A stretch of 13,643 bases of DNA from Octopus sinensis (Eukaryota): assembly GCF_006345805.1 (NCBI RefSeq), contig NW_021826009.1, positions 1 through 13,643 on the forward strand, read 5' to 3'. The notes beneath the pieces are model-generated. The model was not told the DNA's origin and did no database searches. It was given only the letters and a program-made list of their open reading frames with translations. This document shows positions 1-8,829 of the stretch, piece by piece (the first letter of the stretch is position 1; every line of letters begins with the position of its first letter). The position numbers and the translations under genes are program-made.

Positions 1-102
1 AAGAAATGCCTACGAAAAAGACCACGGTACCTTGGTCAATATTGTTATATGTTTCCACATTTATTTGCAAGTGGGTAACCTCTGTTTTCAATTCTGGGTT
101 CA

Positions 103-112
103 TGATAGATAA

Positions 113-173
<61 letters not shown>

Positions 174-180
174 CAGACAG
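103..180 (+). repeat. (GATA)n/(GACA)n microsatellite
   Basis: Direct tandem GATA run ending in a few GACA units. Confidence 0.97.
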
Positions 181-188
181 ATATATAC

Positions 189-428
189 TATCATCGTTTT
201 ACGTCCGATTTTCATGCAGGCATGGGTTGGAAGGTTTGTCTGAGAACTGAACTGGTGAGCCAGAGACTGCACCAGGCTCAATCTGATCTGGCAAAGTTCC
301 TACAGCTGGATGCCCTTCCTAACGCCAACCACTCCGAGAGTGTAGTGGGTGCTTTTTCGAGCCACCGGCACGACGGTCAGTCAGGCCATTCTGACAATGA
401 GCACGCTCAAAAGCTGTTTTTACGTGCT
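189..428 (-). mobile_element. SINE-like interspersed repeat, 3' portion (family C, octopus-type)
   Basis: The minus strand reads ...GTTGGCGTTAGGAAGGGCATCCAGCTGTAG...GGACGTAAAACGATGATAG. I recognise this body plus short (GAT)-type tail as a common cephalopod repeat. There is only one copy in the window. Confidence 0.7.
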
Positions 429-448
429 ATATATGTGTGTGTATTAAG

Positions 449-722
449 AATGAGTAGTACCTGCATTTCAAAGGTGCAGCTTCGACACACTCTGCATCAC
501 CCTGAATCTCCCTGAGAATTACACTACACGTGTCTGTGGAGTGCTCAGCCATTTGCACAATAATTTCACGGGTAGGCTGTTCCGGTGATTGGATCAACAG
601 GAACCCCCGTCGTCTCCTTTATTAATTAAATTGAGCCGCTTGAAACGGCCGTAATTCCCCGAGCAGGCTGTTCCGTTGACTGGATCAACTGGATCTCTCG
701 ATGTCGTAACTGACAGAGTGCC
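449..722 (+). mobile_element. SINE-like repeat 3' portion (family D) with duplicated 3' segment
   Basis: The sequence GTACCTGCATTTCAAAGG...GTGTCTGTGGAGTGCTCAGCC...GGCTGTTCCG resembles a recurrent octopus repeat. Segment 561-614 is imperfectly repeated at 652-705, and the element runs into (TATC)n. Confidence 0.6.
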
Positions 723-723
<1 letters not shown>

Positions 724-801
<78 letters not shown>

Positions 802-841
802 CTCTATCTATTTATCTATCTATCTTATACATATATATATC

Positions 842-883
<42 letters not shown>

Positions 884-956
884 TACATATATATAGATAG
901 ATACATGTGTGTGTGCGTGTGTGTATGTACATGTGTGTGTGCGTGTGTGTGTATTC

Positions 957-992
<36 letters not shown>

Positions 993-1060
993 CATCTATC
1001 TATCTGTCTCTCTGTCTATCTATCCATTTGTCTGTCTGTATGTATGTATGTATGCATATG
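724..1060 (+). repeat. compound microsatellite (TATC)n-(TA)n-(TG)n-(TA)n-(TATG)n
   Basis: Seen directly. Confidence 0.97.
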
Positions 1061-1614
1061 CGTTTTTATATATTTAAACACACCCCTCAATCTCCATGTT
1101 TTTTATGTAAATAGTAATAAGGCCATTATTTGTGCATTATCCACAATATACGACTATTTTTTATAGATTGTTCAATAAGAGGATGAGTAGTGGTTGTTTC
1201 TTTGACCTTATGCTTGGTCCCTCGAGCCTCATATGATCGATAGATGTATTTTTATTTCTTTTTAATGCGTAGATTAAACATCCATCAGTGGCCGTCAGTC
1301 GGAAATGTGTTGGTATGGAGCGGGGTTGCGTGTCCAAAGCTTTGATGCTCGGTAAAAACGATTAAAGAGAAGTGGTTAATGCAGGGGGTATGTGCAGGAA
1401 ATATGCTTTCAGGACTGTGTTTTCAGCTGTGGGTGTGTATATATAGTAAAAACGGGTGGTTACTTCAAAGCAGTTGATGTCGCTGTTATATCAATTGAGG
1501 AAAGAGAGGAAGACAGAAAGGGAGAGAGAAACAGTAAGAGAGACAGAGGCAGATAGTCAATTAGTGAGAGAGAGAAAGAATAAACATTTCTGACGACTGT
1601 AATGTAATGATTAT

Positions 1615-1800
1615 TTTTCGGAAGAGTGGATCTCGAAGTGCATAAAGCTATATAAATAACAGTATATAAATACCGAGTTGAAAAATCGTTTTGGAAATTT
1701 GTAAACAATTCGACTTGTTATGTGCAAAAGGTTTTTCAATCCAATATTTGTATGCTTTTATTTGTAGCATCATGTGCTTCGAGATCCACTGTTCCAAAAG
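1615..1800. repeat. ~185 bp imperfect palindrome (fold-back/MITE-like)
   Basis: AGTGGATCTCGAAG (1625-1638) is the exact reverse complement of CTTCGAGATCCACT (1777-1790). TTGAAAAA/TTTTTCAA pair further in. The centre is AACAATTCGACTTGTT (1704-1719). Confidence 0.8.
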
Positions 1801-2094
1801 AGAGTTGTTCTCTGTGTTATGCTATACGAATGAATGAATCAGTGTTTTTCGTTTTCGAAACGATCCTTTTGGCCTGGAATTTGGGGATGCGTAGAGATAT
1901 TCGCATAGGCAATTATCCACACTTTTAGGTACACAGAATATTGGCGGAATGTGCCAATAGTGACAGCATTACGATTTCTCCACAACAGACCCGATAGAGT
2001 TATATAAGAGACAAAGCAGAAATCGTTCACCGTTTTAGATATCAGCTGCCGAACGGATATTTCCAGGGTTTGTTCGTTTCAGGGTATCTAGGTG

Positions 2095-2367
2095 AACACA
2101 ACAAGCACATTATCACACACACAGACTCACATGCACACACACACAGACACACACATACTCACCAAACACAAACACACACTCATACATACAAACACATATA
2201 AATGTATATATATAAATGCATATATATATATAAATATATAAATATATACACATGCATACCTAAATATATATATATATATATACATACATAAACGCACGCA
2301 CACACACACACACACAACACACACACACACATATATTATATATATATCTATATATATATATATATAC
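2095..2367 (+). repeat. (CA)n/(TA)n compound microsatellite
   Basis: Seen directly. Confidence 0.95.
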
Positions 2368-2513
2368 ATATAAGAGAGTTACCGGTAAGTGAGCGGTAAC
2401 TCTCTTATATTTAAGTATAAATTTGTATTGTCTCCCTGGTTTTTTATGTGCTAAGCCACTTGGTGTTAAACTGATGGTATTATTAAATCAATGTCTAATT
2501 TTTCACCCTCATT

Positions 2514-2516
<3 letters not shown>
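2368..2516. mobile_element. short non-microsatellite insert in (TA)n starting with a perfect 17-bp hairpin; possible Penelope-like terminal repeat fragment
   Basis: ATATAAGAGAGTTACCG (2368-2384) pairs with CGGTAACTCTCTTATAT (2394-2410) around a 9-nt loop, and (TA)n flanks both sides. The PLE assignment is inference only. Confidence 0.4.
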
Positions 2517-2552
<36 letters not shown>

Positions 2553-2555
2553 CTC

Positions 2556-2872
2556 GTGTCTGCGCCCATGCTAGGGCACCGCCTCAAATAATTTTAGTTG
2601 ATGTAATCTACCCAAGTATTTACATTTTGTTATAAGATCCTTATACTTATTCCGTCGGAATTTTTGCCGAATGGCTAAGTCAAGAAGACGTTAACTGACC
2701 AACACCGATCGTCAGGTGGTGAAGGGGACAGATATAGAGATAAAGACATATTCACACACATTCACACGCACACACACATATATATATATATTTGTGTGTG
2801 TGTGTGTGTATGCATGTATATATAAAACTATATATATGGATGCGTACACATAAACAGTAATGGGCTTCGCAC
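2556..2872 (-). mobile_element. old diverged SINE copy (family B)
   Basis: CCCATGCTAGGGCACCGCCT...TACTTATTCCGTCGG...TTGCCGAATGGCTAAGT...GGGGACA aligns by eye to the reverse complement of 4445-4640. Confidence 0.75.
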
Positions 2873-3097
2873 TTATGTCCTAATGTCACGCACAATACGA
2901 GTGCAAGTTTATCCACACACATGTAGACAACATGCAAAGATATTAGCATTCATCAACCAATTTAGGTAACCAAAATCTGTAAATGCTCTCTTTTTTGCCT
3001 TAAACCAGTATCACCCGAGATCCCTATGAACCCTGGTGGGGAATGACACATAAGATTTTACATATCTATACATAATTCTTTAAAACATAATAAAACT

Positions 3098-3240
3098 ATT
3101 CTATCGGTCTCTCTTGCCGAACCGCTAAGTGACGGGGACGTAAACACACCAGCATCTGTTGTCAAGCGATGTTGGGGGGGACAAACACAGACACACAAAC
3201 ATATACATATATGCATATATATATGTACCTTTCATAGTTT
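3098..3240 (-). mobile_element. SINE family B fragment; left arm of a near-perfect inverted duplication
   Basis: Reverse complement of 4412-4557, apart from about 3 substitutions and homopolymer/TA length changes. Confidence 0.9.
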
Positions 3241-3429
3241 ATATATATATATATACCTTTCATATATATATGTGTGTGTGTGTGTGTGTATTATGTCAGG
3301 TCACTTTCGAGTGCTACTGGTAACATGTAACCCAGTATAATCTGTTGCATGGTCGGGTCGTCGTCGACTAAACCGGCAACCCCACCAAAATATTAGATTT
3401 TTTAAACATCGGATGGCTGCGAGAAAACG

Positions 3430-4010
3430 CAGAAAAATAAATAGGGATGAAAGGGAGATAATCTTATTCAGAGAAATTAAAATTCTGAAGAGCTCTCATC
3501 AAGTCCAGCGAACGTAAAGAAATTAGAATATATTGTTACTATTTATAGCAGGTGAATCATTCTTTTAGTGGCTATTCCTACTTTGGAGGAGGATGCTCAA
3601 TGTAAATAGAAAACCTTTAACTATAATATCAATTTTATTAAATAGAAGCTAAGCAACGGCCCTTAAATATCAATGTGTTCTCCTTTCGTTTCAAGACGCC
3701 ATGCTGCGATGCTTATATAAGAAGCATTTATTGTTTGTCCTACAAAATACCAGCAAAGAATGTCAATCAAAAAAGCGACGATGGAATGACAGAATCTTCC
3801 TCGAAATCTCCTTTACGCAGAAAATCCTTGAGAATCTTAGGAAATTTTGAAGTAGCGGGATGTTACATATAACAGCTTTATCTAAACCAACATGGTTGTT
3901 GAATAATGAAAAGCCAGTGGAATGTAAATTATTGAGCCGTCGGCTAAATGAATTAGAAATATAACTGAATCTTACAATGTAGCGACAAAAATTTGAAACA
4001 CCTAAGATAA
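3430..4010 (+). pseudogene. heavily decayed non-LTR retrotransposon RT fragment (RTE-like)
   Basis: Collinear remnants occur across frames: VAIPTLEEDAQC (3568; cf. IIPIPKKGDL..C), ILLNR (3632), LSYKIPAKNVN (cf. L.AYGIP.KIVN), SDDGMTES (cf. SPDGETE) and ITALS (cf. DDIALLS). There are many stops and indels, and no intact YADD. Confidence 0.5.
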
Positions 4011-4125
4011 TTGAGTGTACAGGTGGAAGTACTAAATTAGTATCTGCTTCATATTTTTTTTCTTACTTTTATCTGGACCTCGGGGGCTTCTGGAAGTGTG
4101 GGACGTATCGGTAACCATGCGGTAA

Positions 4126-4310
4126 AAGGCGGCGAGCTGGCAGAAACGTTAGCACGCCGGGCGAAATGCTTGGCGGTATTTCGTCTGCGTTACGTTCTGA
4201 GTTCAAATTCCGCCGAGGTCGACTTTGCCTTTCATCCTTTAGGGGTCGATAAATTAAGTACCAGTTACGCACTGGGGTCGATGTAATCGACTTAATACCC
4301 ATGTCTGTCC
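4126..4310 (+). mobile_element. tRNA-derived SINE family A, 3'-truncated monomer
   Basis: Contains an A-box-like TGGCAGAAACG, a B-box-like GAGTTCAAATTC and the core GTCGACTTTGCCTTTCATCCTTT.GGGGTCGATAAA, which resembles the MetaSINE-type domain. It is highly similar to 5934-6118. Confidence 0.92.
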
Positions 4311-4411
4311 AACGTTTCGGAGCAAATACCAATAGGCATCGGGTCCCATATTCTCACGGGTCTGCAGATCTACCTCACTCGATTGGTGCTTGTTTTTGTT
4401 TGTGAAACTCA

Positions 4412-4653
4412 AAACTATGAAAGGTATATATATATATATATGCATATATGTATATGTTTGTGTGTCTGTGTTTGTCCCCCCAACATCGCTTGACAACAGT
4501 TGCTGGTGTGTTTACGTCCCCGTCACTTAGCGGTTCGGCAAGAGGGACCGATAGAATGAGTACTAGGTTGACAAAGAATAAGTCCTAGGGTCGATTTGCT
4601 CGACTAAGGCGGTGCTCCAGCATGGCCCAGTCAAATGGCTAAAGCAAATAAAA
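4412..4653 (+). mobile_element. SINE family B, 3' portion
   Basis: Reads GTGTTTACGTCCCCGTCACTTAGCGGTTCGGC...GGCGGTGCTCCAGCATGGCC followed by an A-rich end. It is homologous to 2556-2872 and 3098-3240. Confidence 0.88.
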
Positions 4654-4654
4654 A

Positions 4655-4760
4655 TACAACACACACACATAACATCATACATATATATATATATATATAT
4701 AATATATATTATATATATAATATATATATTATATATATAAAACACACACGACACGCACAG
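4655..4760 (+). repeat. (CA)n/(TA)n microsatellite
   Basis: Seen directly. Confidence 0.93.
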
Positions 4761-5059
4761 TGACAGAAAGAGAAATTGATAAATAGACAATTGAATAAAA
4801 CAGGGAAATTTTAGTCCCGGACATCCTTGTCCTGGATTGTTTCTGGAACATGTTAGTAGGGTGGAGAGGATCTCTGCGGTTTTGTGTATGCATTATTGGA
4901 CCTAAAGTCTTAGGTTCTGTAATCGCCAGAGAGCTGACTTTCTGGTGCATGGGTGGCGAGCATAGAGGCCTCAGGCGCAGGCTCGTATAAAGTGGATCGC
5001 AAGTGCAGTAACCTCATGCATGAGCATTCTGTATTTTGTATGAGCACTGGTTAGTGTTG

Positions 5060-5800
5060 GTCTCATTCGGTCACGAGTGGACAGCCATCGTATATACGAT
5101 CTTCGATATATCATTAATTTCGATATATCATTACCCAATGGAAAGGATATTCCGGTTGTCACAAGCTACCGACGTTTCCTAGTATGCGACATAATGTTAC
5201 TTCTAGAACCAGTAATGCCGGAGACAGCTATTCTTCTATTCCTGAATTGAGTATATCCATTCGGAACGCAAAAGATAGTAATCTACAATATCAATTCTTA
5301 TGTTCAATGTACCAGTATTTTATTTTGTTTAGCAAAGAATTCGTATGTAAAGAATCTGCGTTACTTTCATTCCGGGCGATTACACTGGACACTAACGTAG
5401 AGTAAGGAATTATGTCGTTAAGAATCTATTTACTAATGATTATTATATCAGATTTTGGTAGCGTTAATAAGTTTAGATGTTGCTTTCGATTAAACTCTAT
5501 CTTTTGTATCTTAACGGTCACAATCTTCTCTTGTTTCGGCGTTAATGTCGTCGAAACAAGTGAAATCATTTTATATGTTGTAGTGATGGTGTTGGAGATT
5601 AAGCTACGGTAGGTTTGTTTATCAATTTCGTAGAGATCTTTTGTTATCTCTGTCAGTACGAAAAGCATTTTCTTTATTTCATTTGTTTTTCTTTTAGATT
5701 TCATTCTTACTATAGTTCATGTGTTGACTGCTTCGATTTAATGTTTTATAGAATTCAGAAAAGACTTTTCTGCGTAGGTGAAGACATACTCTTATTTAAA
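5060..5800 (-). pseudogene. decayed Penelope-like element (PLE) reverse transcriptase
   Basis: Ordered motifs on the minus strand: AEKSFLNSIK; KMLFVLTEITKDLYEIDKQTYRSLISNTITTTYK (cf. VFADKTRNLYE...Y..LL..NIT.TYK); LLTLPKSDIIIISK*IL (cf. RLINPAKSE.G.ISK.IL); IDIVDYY at 5275-5295 (cf. FDIVDFYPSI); NIMSHTRK at 5175-5198 (cf. IIMHARKS); and a frameshifted GLYRDDGL-like remnant at ~5082-5102. Confidence 0.75.
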
Positions 5801-5933
5801 GAAAATCGAACTCACATACATAAGGTGTGTGTTTTGTTTATACACCTCGAGCTATTCTCATTCGTATTTGGACACTCCCATCTGTTTCATTCGGTGGACC
5901 GTACCAGACCCCCTACCTATTAATGTTGTGTAT

Positions 5934-6166
5934 AAGGCGGCGAGCTGGCAGAATCGTTAGCACGCCGGGCGAAATGCGTCGCCGTATTTCGTCTGCCGTT
6001 ACGTTCTGAGTTCAAATTCCGCCGAGGTCGACTTTGCCTTTCATCCTTTCGGGGTTGATAAAGTAAGTACCAGTTACGCACCGGGGTCGATATAATGGAC
6101 TTAATTCGTTTGTCTGTCCTTGTATGTCCCCTCTGTGTTTAGCCCCTTGTGGGCAGTAAAGAAATG
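5934..6166 (+). mobile_element. full-length tRNA-derived SINE family A monomer with 16-bp TSD
   Basis: Has the head AAGGCGGCGAGCTGGCAGAATCG, a B-box, the core and the 3' end GTAAAGAAAT. The perfect TSD TATTAATGTTGTGTAT lies at 5918-5933 and 6167-6182. Confidence 0.96.
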
Positions 6167-6198
6167 TATTAATGTTGTGTATCTGACTTTCAAACCCG

Positions 6199-6468
6199 TG
6201 CCCGTGGTATATTTAAAAGATTACACAGATTTACGTATGACACATTTTTAAGGATCCTGATTTCGATTCCTGGTTCGGCTAGTTCGTTACTTTCACCATA
6301 TTTCAACTCCACTCATCTGCAGATAAATTCCAGAAATACATGGTAAGTTTAGTCTGCGACTAACTGGTGTACTGTTCAGAGCGAATGTTGGAATCTCAGT
6401 CAATTTTTACCTTATAAAAACCAGGGTAAACTCCGGATTTATGAGGCCTATGGCTCAAGAGAGACCCA
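6199..6468 (+). mobile_element. ancient tRNA-SINE remnant, possibly with V-like central domain
   Basis: B-box-like GATTTCGATTCCTGG near 6259. CTGCGACTAACTGGTGTACTGTTCAG resembles CTGCGATGGACTGGCGTCCCGTCCAG, followed by AAACCAGGGTAAACTCCGG...ATGAGGCCTATGGCTC. Confidence 0.45.
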
Positions 6469-6587
6469 AGGCCTAGTAATTACAACTGAGGCAGCCAAGC
6501 ATTTGAGAGGACACGCAATACGTTGCTTTTGACCTAAGCCATTTTTAGGTTAAGTTGAAACTCTAACTCTATTTCTGGTTTAGTGTG

Positions 6588-6677
6588 ATGGCAGTATTTC
6601 TTCCAACTCTTCACGTTCTGAGTTCAAATTGCCCCAATGTCAACTTTGTTTTGCGTTCATTCGGCGTCCGGAAAATA
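6588..6677 (+). mobile_element. old diverged family A SINE fragment (B-box and core)
   Basis: GTATTTC...ACGTTCTGAGTTCAAATT...GTCAACTTTG matches the family A body. Confidence 0.7.
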
Positions 6678-6764
6678 TTGGTTTTACAAAATGTATAAAC
6701 AAGGATACACTATATTTGTAACTTCATATTTCACTGAATTTTCTTGTCATTTCTAAATATTTTA

Positions 6765-6835
6765 AGTGGAGAGCTGGCAGAATCTTCAGAGCATAGGAAA
6801 AATAAAGCCTTGTGGTATATGTTCCGGTTCTTGAC
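6765..6835 (+). mobile_element. old diverged family A SINE head fragment
   Basis: AAGTGGAGAGCTGGCAGAATC matches the family A 5' end. Confidence 0.65.
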
Positions 6836-6954
6836 GAGGGGTGTATGAAAAGTTTTAAGCCTTCAAGACCTTTGAGCCTTGAAATCTTGTACCTTCATCA
6901 GAAGTCTTGTTCCATTTTTTTTTAGGCTCAAGACTTCTGACGAAAGTCTTTGTA
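6833..6954. mobile_element. possible degenerate mariner-type MITE remnant
   Basis: The left end ACGAGGGGTGTATGAAAAGTTTTAAGCCT resembles mariner TIRs. The right end AGGCTCAAGACTTCT...TTTGTA is a partial inverted match ending in TA. Confidence 0.4.
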
Positions 6955-7051
6955 TATTAAGTTTTCTTAATCCGGCGTGGTTAACTTTGCTTCGCGTCAT
7001 TTTCCAAAACACAACCCCCCACCCCACCCCAGAAATATATGGGCGTTTATC

Positions 7052-8538
7052 TGTTACTTTATTACCCTCAAGGGGTTAAACATAGAGAGAATAAACAAGG
7101 TCAGACAAACGGATTGAATCGATTACATCGACCCCAGTGCGTAACTGGTACTTAATTCATCGACCCCGAAAGGATGAAAGGCAAAGTCGACCTCGGCGGA
7201 ATTTGAACTCAGAACGTAGCGACAGACGAAATACCTATTTCTTTACAACCGACAAGGGGCTAACCCAGAGGGGAAAAACAAGGACAGACAAACGGATTAA
7301 GTCGATTACATCGACCGCAGTGCGTAACTGGTACGTAATTTATCGACCCCGAAAGGATGAAAGGCAAAGTCGACCTCGGCGGAATTTGAACTCAGATCGT
7401 AACGGCAGACGAAATACCTATTTCTTTACAACCCACAAAGGGCTAAACACAGAGGGGAAAAACAAGGACAGACAAACGGATTAAGTCGATTACATCGACC
7501 CCTGTGCGTAACTGGTACTTAATTTATCGACCCCGAAAGGATGAAAGGCAAAGTCGACCTCGGCGGAATTTGAACTCAGATCGTAACGGCAGACGAAATA
7601 CCTATTTCTTTACAACCCACAAAGGGCTAAACACAGAGGGGAAAAACAAGGACAGACAAACGGATTAAGTCGATTACATCGACCCCTGTGCGTAACTGGT
7701 ACTTAATTTATCGATCCTGAAAGGATGAAAGGCAAAGTCGACCTCGGTGGAATTTGAACTCAGATCGTAACGGCAGACGAAATACCTATTTCTTTACAAC
7801 CCACAAAGGGCTAAACAAAGAGGGGAAAAACAAGGACAGACAAACGGATTAAGTCGATTACATCGACCCCAGTGCGTAACTGGTACGTAATTTATCGACC
7901 CCGAAAGGATGAAAGGCAAAGTCGACCTCGGCGGAATTTGAACTCAGATCGTAACGGCAGACGAAATACCTATTTCTTTACAACCCACAAAGGGCTAAAC
8001 ACAGAGGGGAAAAACAAGGACAGACAAACGGATTAAGTCGATTACATCGACCCCAGTGCGTAACTGGTACTTAATTTATCGACCCCGAAAGGATGAAAGG
8101 CAAAGTCGACCTCGGCGGAATTTGAACTCAGATCGTAACGGCGGACGAAATACCTATTTCTTTACAACCCACAAGGGGCTAAACACAGAGGGCACAAACA
8201 AGGACAGACAAACGGATTAAGTCGATTACATCGACCCCGAAAGGATGAAAGGCAAAGTCGACTTCGGTGGAATTTGAACTCAGATCGTAACGGCAGACGA
8301 AATACCTATTTCTTTACTGCCCACAAGGGGCTAAACATAGAGGGGACAAACAAGGACAGACAAACGGATTAAGTCGATTACATCGACCTCAGTGCGTAAC
8401 TGGTACTTAATTTATCCACCCCGAAAGGATGAAAGGCAAAGTCGACCTCGGCGGAATTTGAACTCAGAACGTAACGGCAGACGAAATACGGCTACGCATT
8501 TCGCCCGGCGTGCTAACGGTTCTGCCAGCTCGCCGCTT
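7052..8538 (-). mobile_element. family A SINE multimer: one complete head plus 8 tandem 184-bp body units, 14-bp TSD
   Basis: GAAATAC recurs at 7228, 7411, 7595, 7779, 7963, 8147, 8299 and 8483 (spacings 183, 184, 184, 184, 184, 152, 184). The 5' head occurs only at 8490-8538. The TSD TATGGGCGTTTATC lies at 7038-7051 and 8539-8552. Confidence 0.96.
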
Positions 8539-8630
8539 TATGGGCGTTTATCGTAACCAGAAGGGATTTATTGAACTAGCTGCGGAGCTTCTTCTTCGTT
8601 GCTCGTTGCAGTAGAAATAACGATAGCAAT

Positions 8631-8670
8631 AACAACAACAACAACAACAGCAACAACAACAACAACAACA
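8631..8670 (+). repeat. (CAA)n microsatellite
   Basis: Seen directly. Confidence 0.95.
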
Positions 8671-8829
8671 AAGTCAAATTACTTTATAGACAGAAGCTGA
8701 AAACTTACGAATTTTTAACGAAATTCTTCTGTAAAAGTAGTTGGATAGTTTTGTCTTTTTCTCGTTTTCGTCATTGAAATAATTTAATATCCATGCTTCG
8801 ATGACCTTGTGGCAAATACTCAAAAAGAT

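Noticed and set aside
45-1166. ORFs rich in IYLS/YI/CV repeats here and at 2127-2949 and 11313-13323
   Set aside because: These are microsatellite translations.
1255-1440. Possible CR1/L2-type LINE 3' end on the minus strand (NHFS..SFLP-like remnant)
   Set aside because: Only one weak frameshifted motif, which is too little to call.
1830-2095. Possible exon after TTTTAG at 1928, or minus ORF 1839-2030
   Set aside because: All three plus frames hit stops within about 80 nt, there is no good donor, and the minus peptide is not recognisable.
5934-6030. tRNA gene
   Set aside because: A/B boxes are present, but the arm between them is over-long and the sequence continues into a SINE body with a TSD.
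6860-6952. Hammerhead ribozyme-like cores (CTGACGA on plus inside AAGACTT/AAGTCTT; CTGATGA on minus)
   Set aside because: There is no stem II plus separate GAAA on the plus strand and no GAAA at the right place on the minus strand. A degenerate inverted-repeat element explains it better.
7137-7484. 115-aa ORF with internal repeat (also 4069-4332 and 4098-4286)
   Set aside because: These are translations of SINE sequence.
7052-8538. CRISPR-like regular array
   Set aside because: The units are full-length near-identical 184-mers with no unique spacers, there are no cas genes, and the context is eukaryotic.
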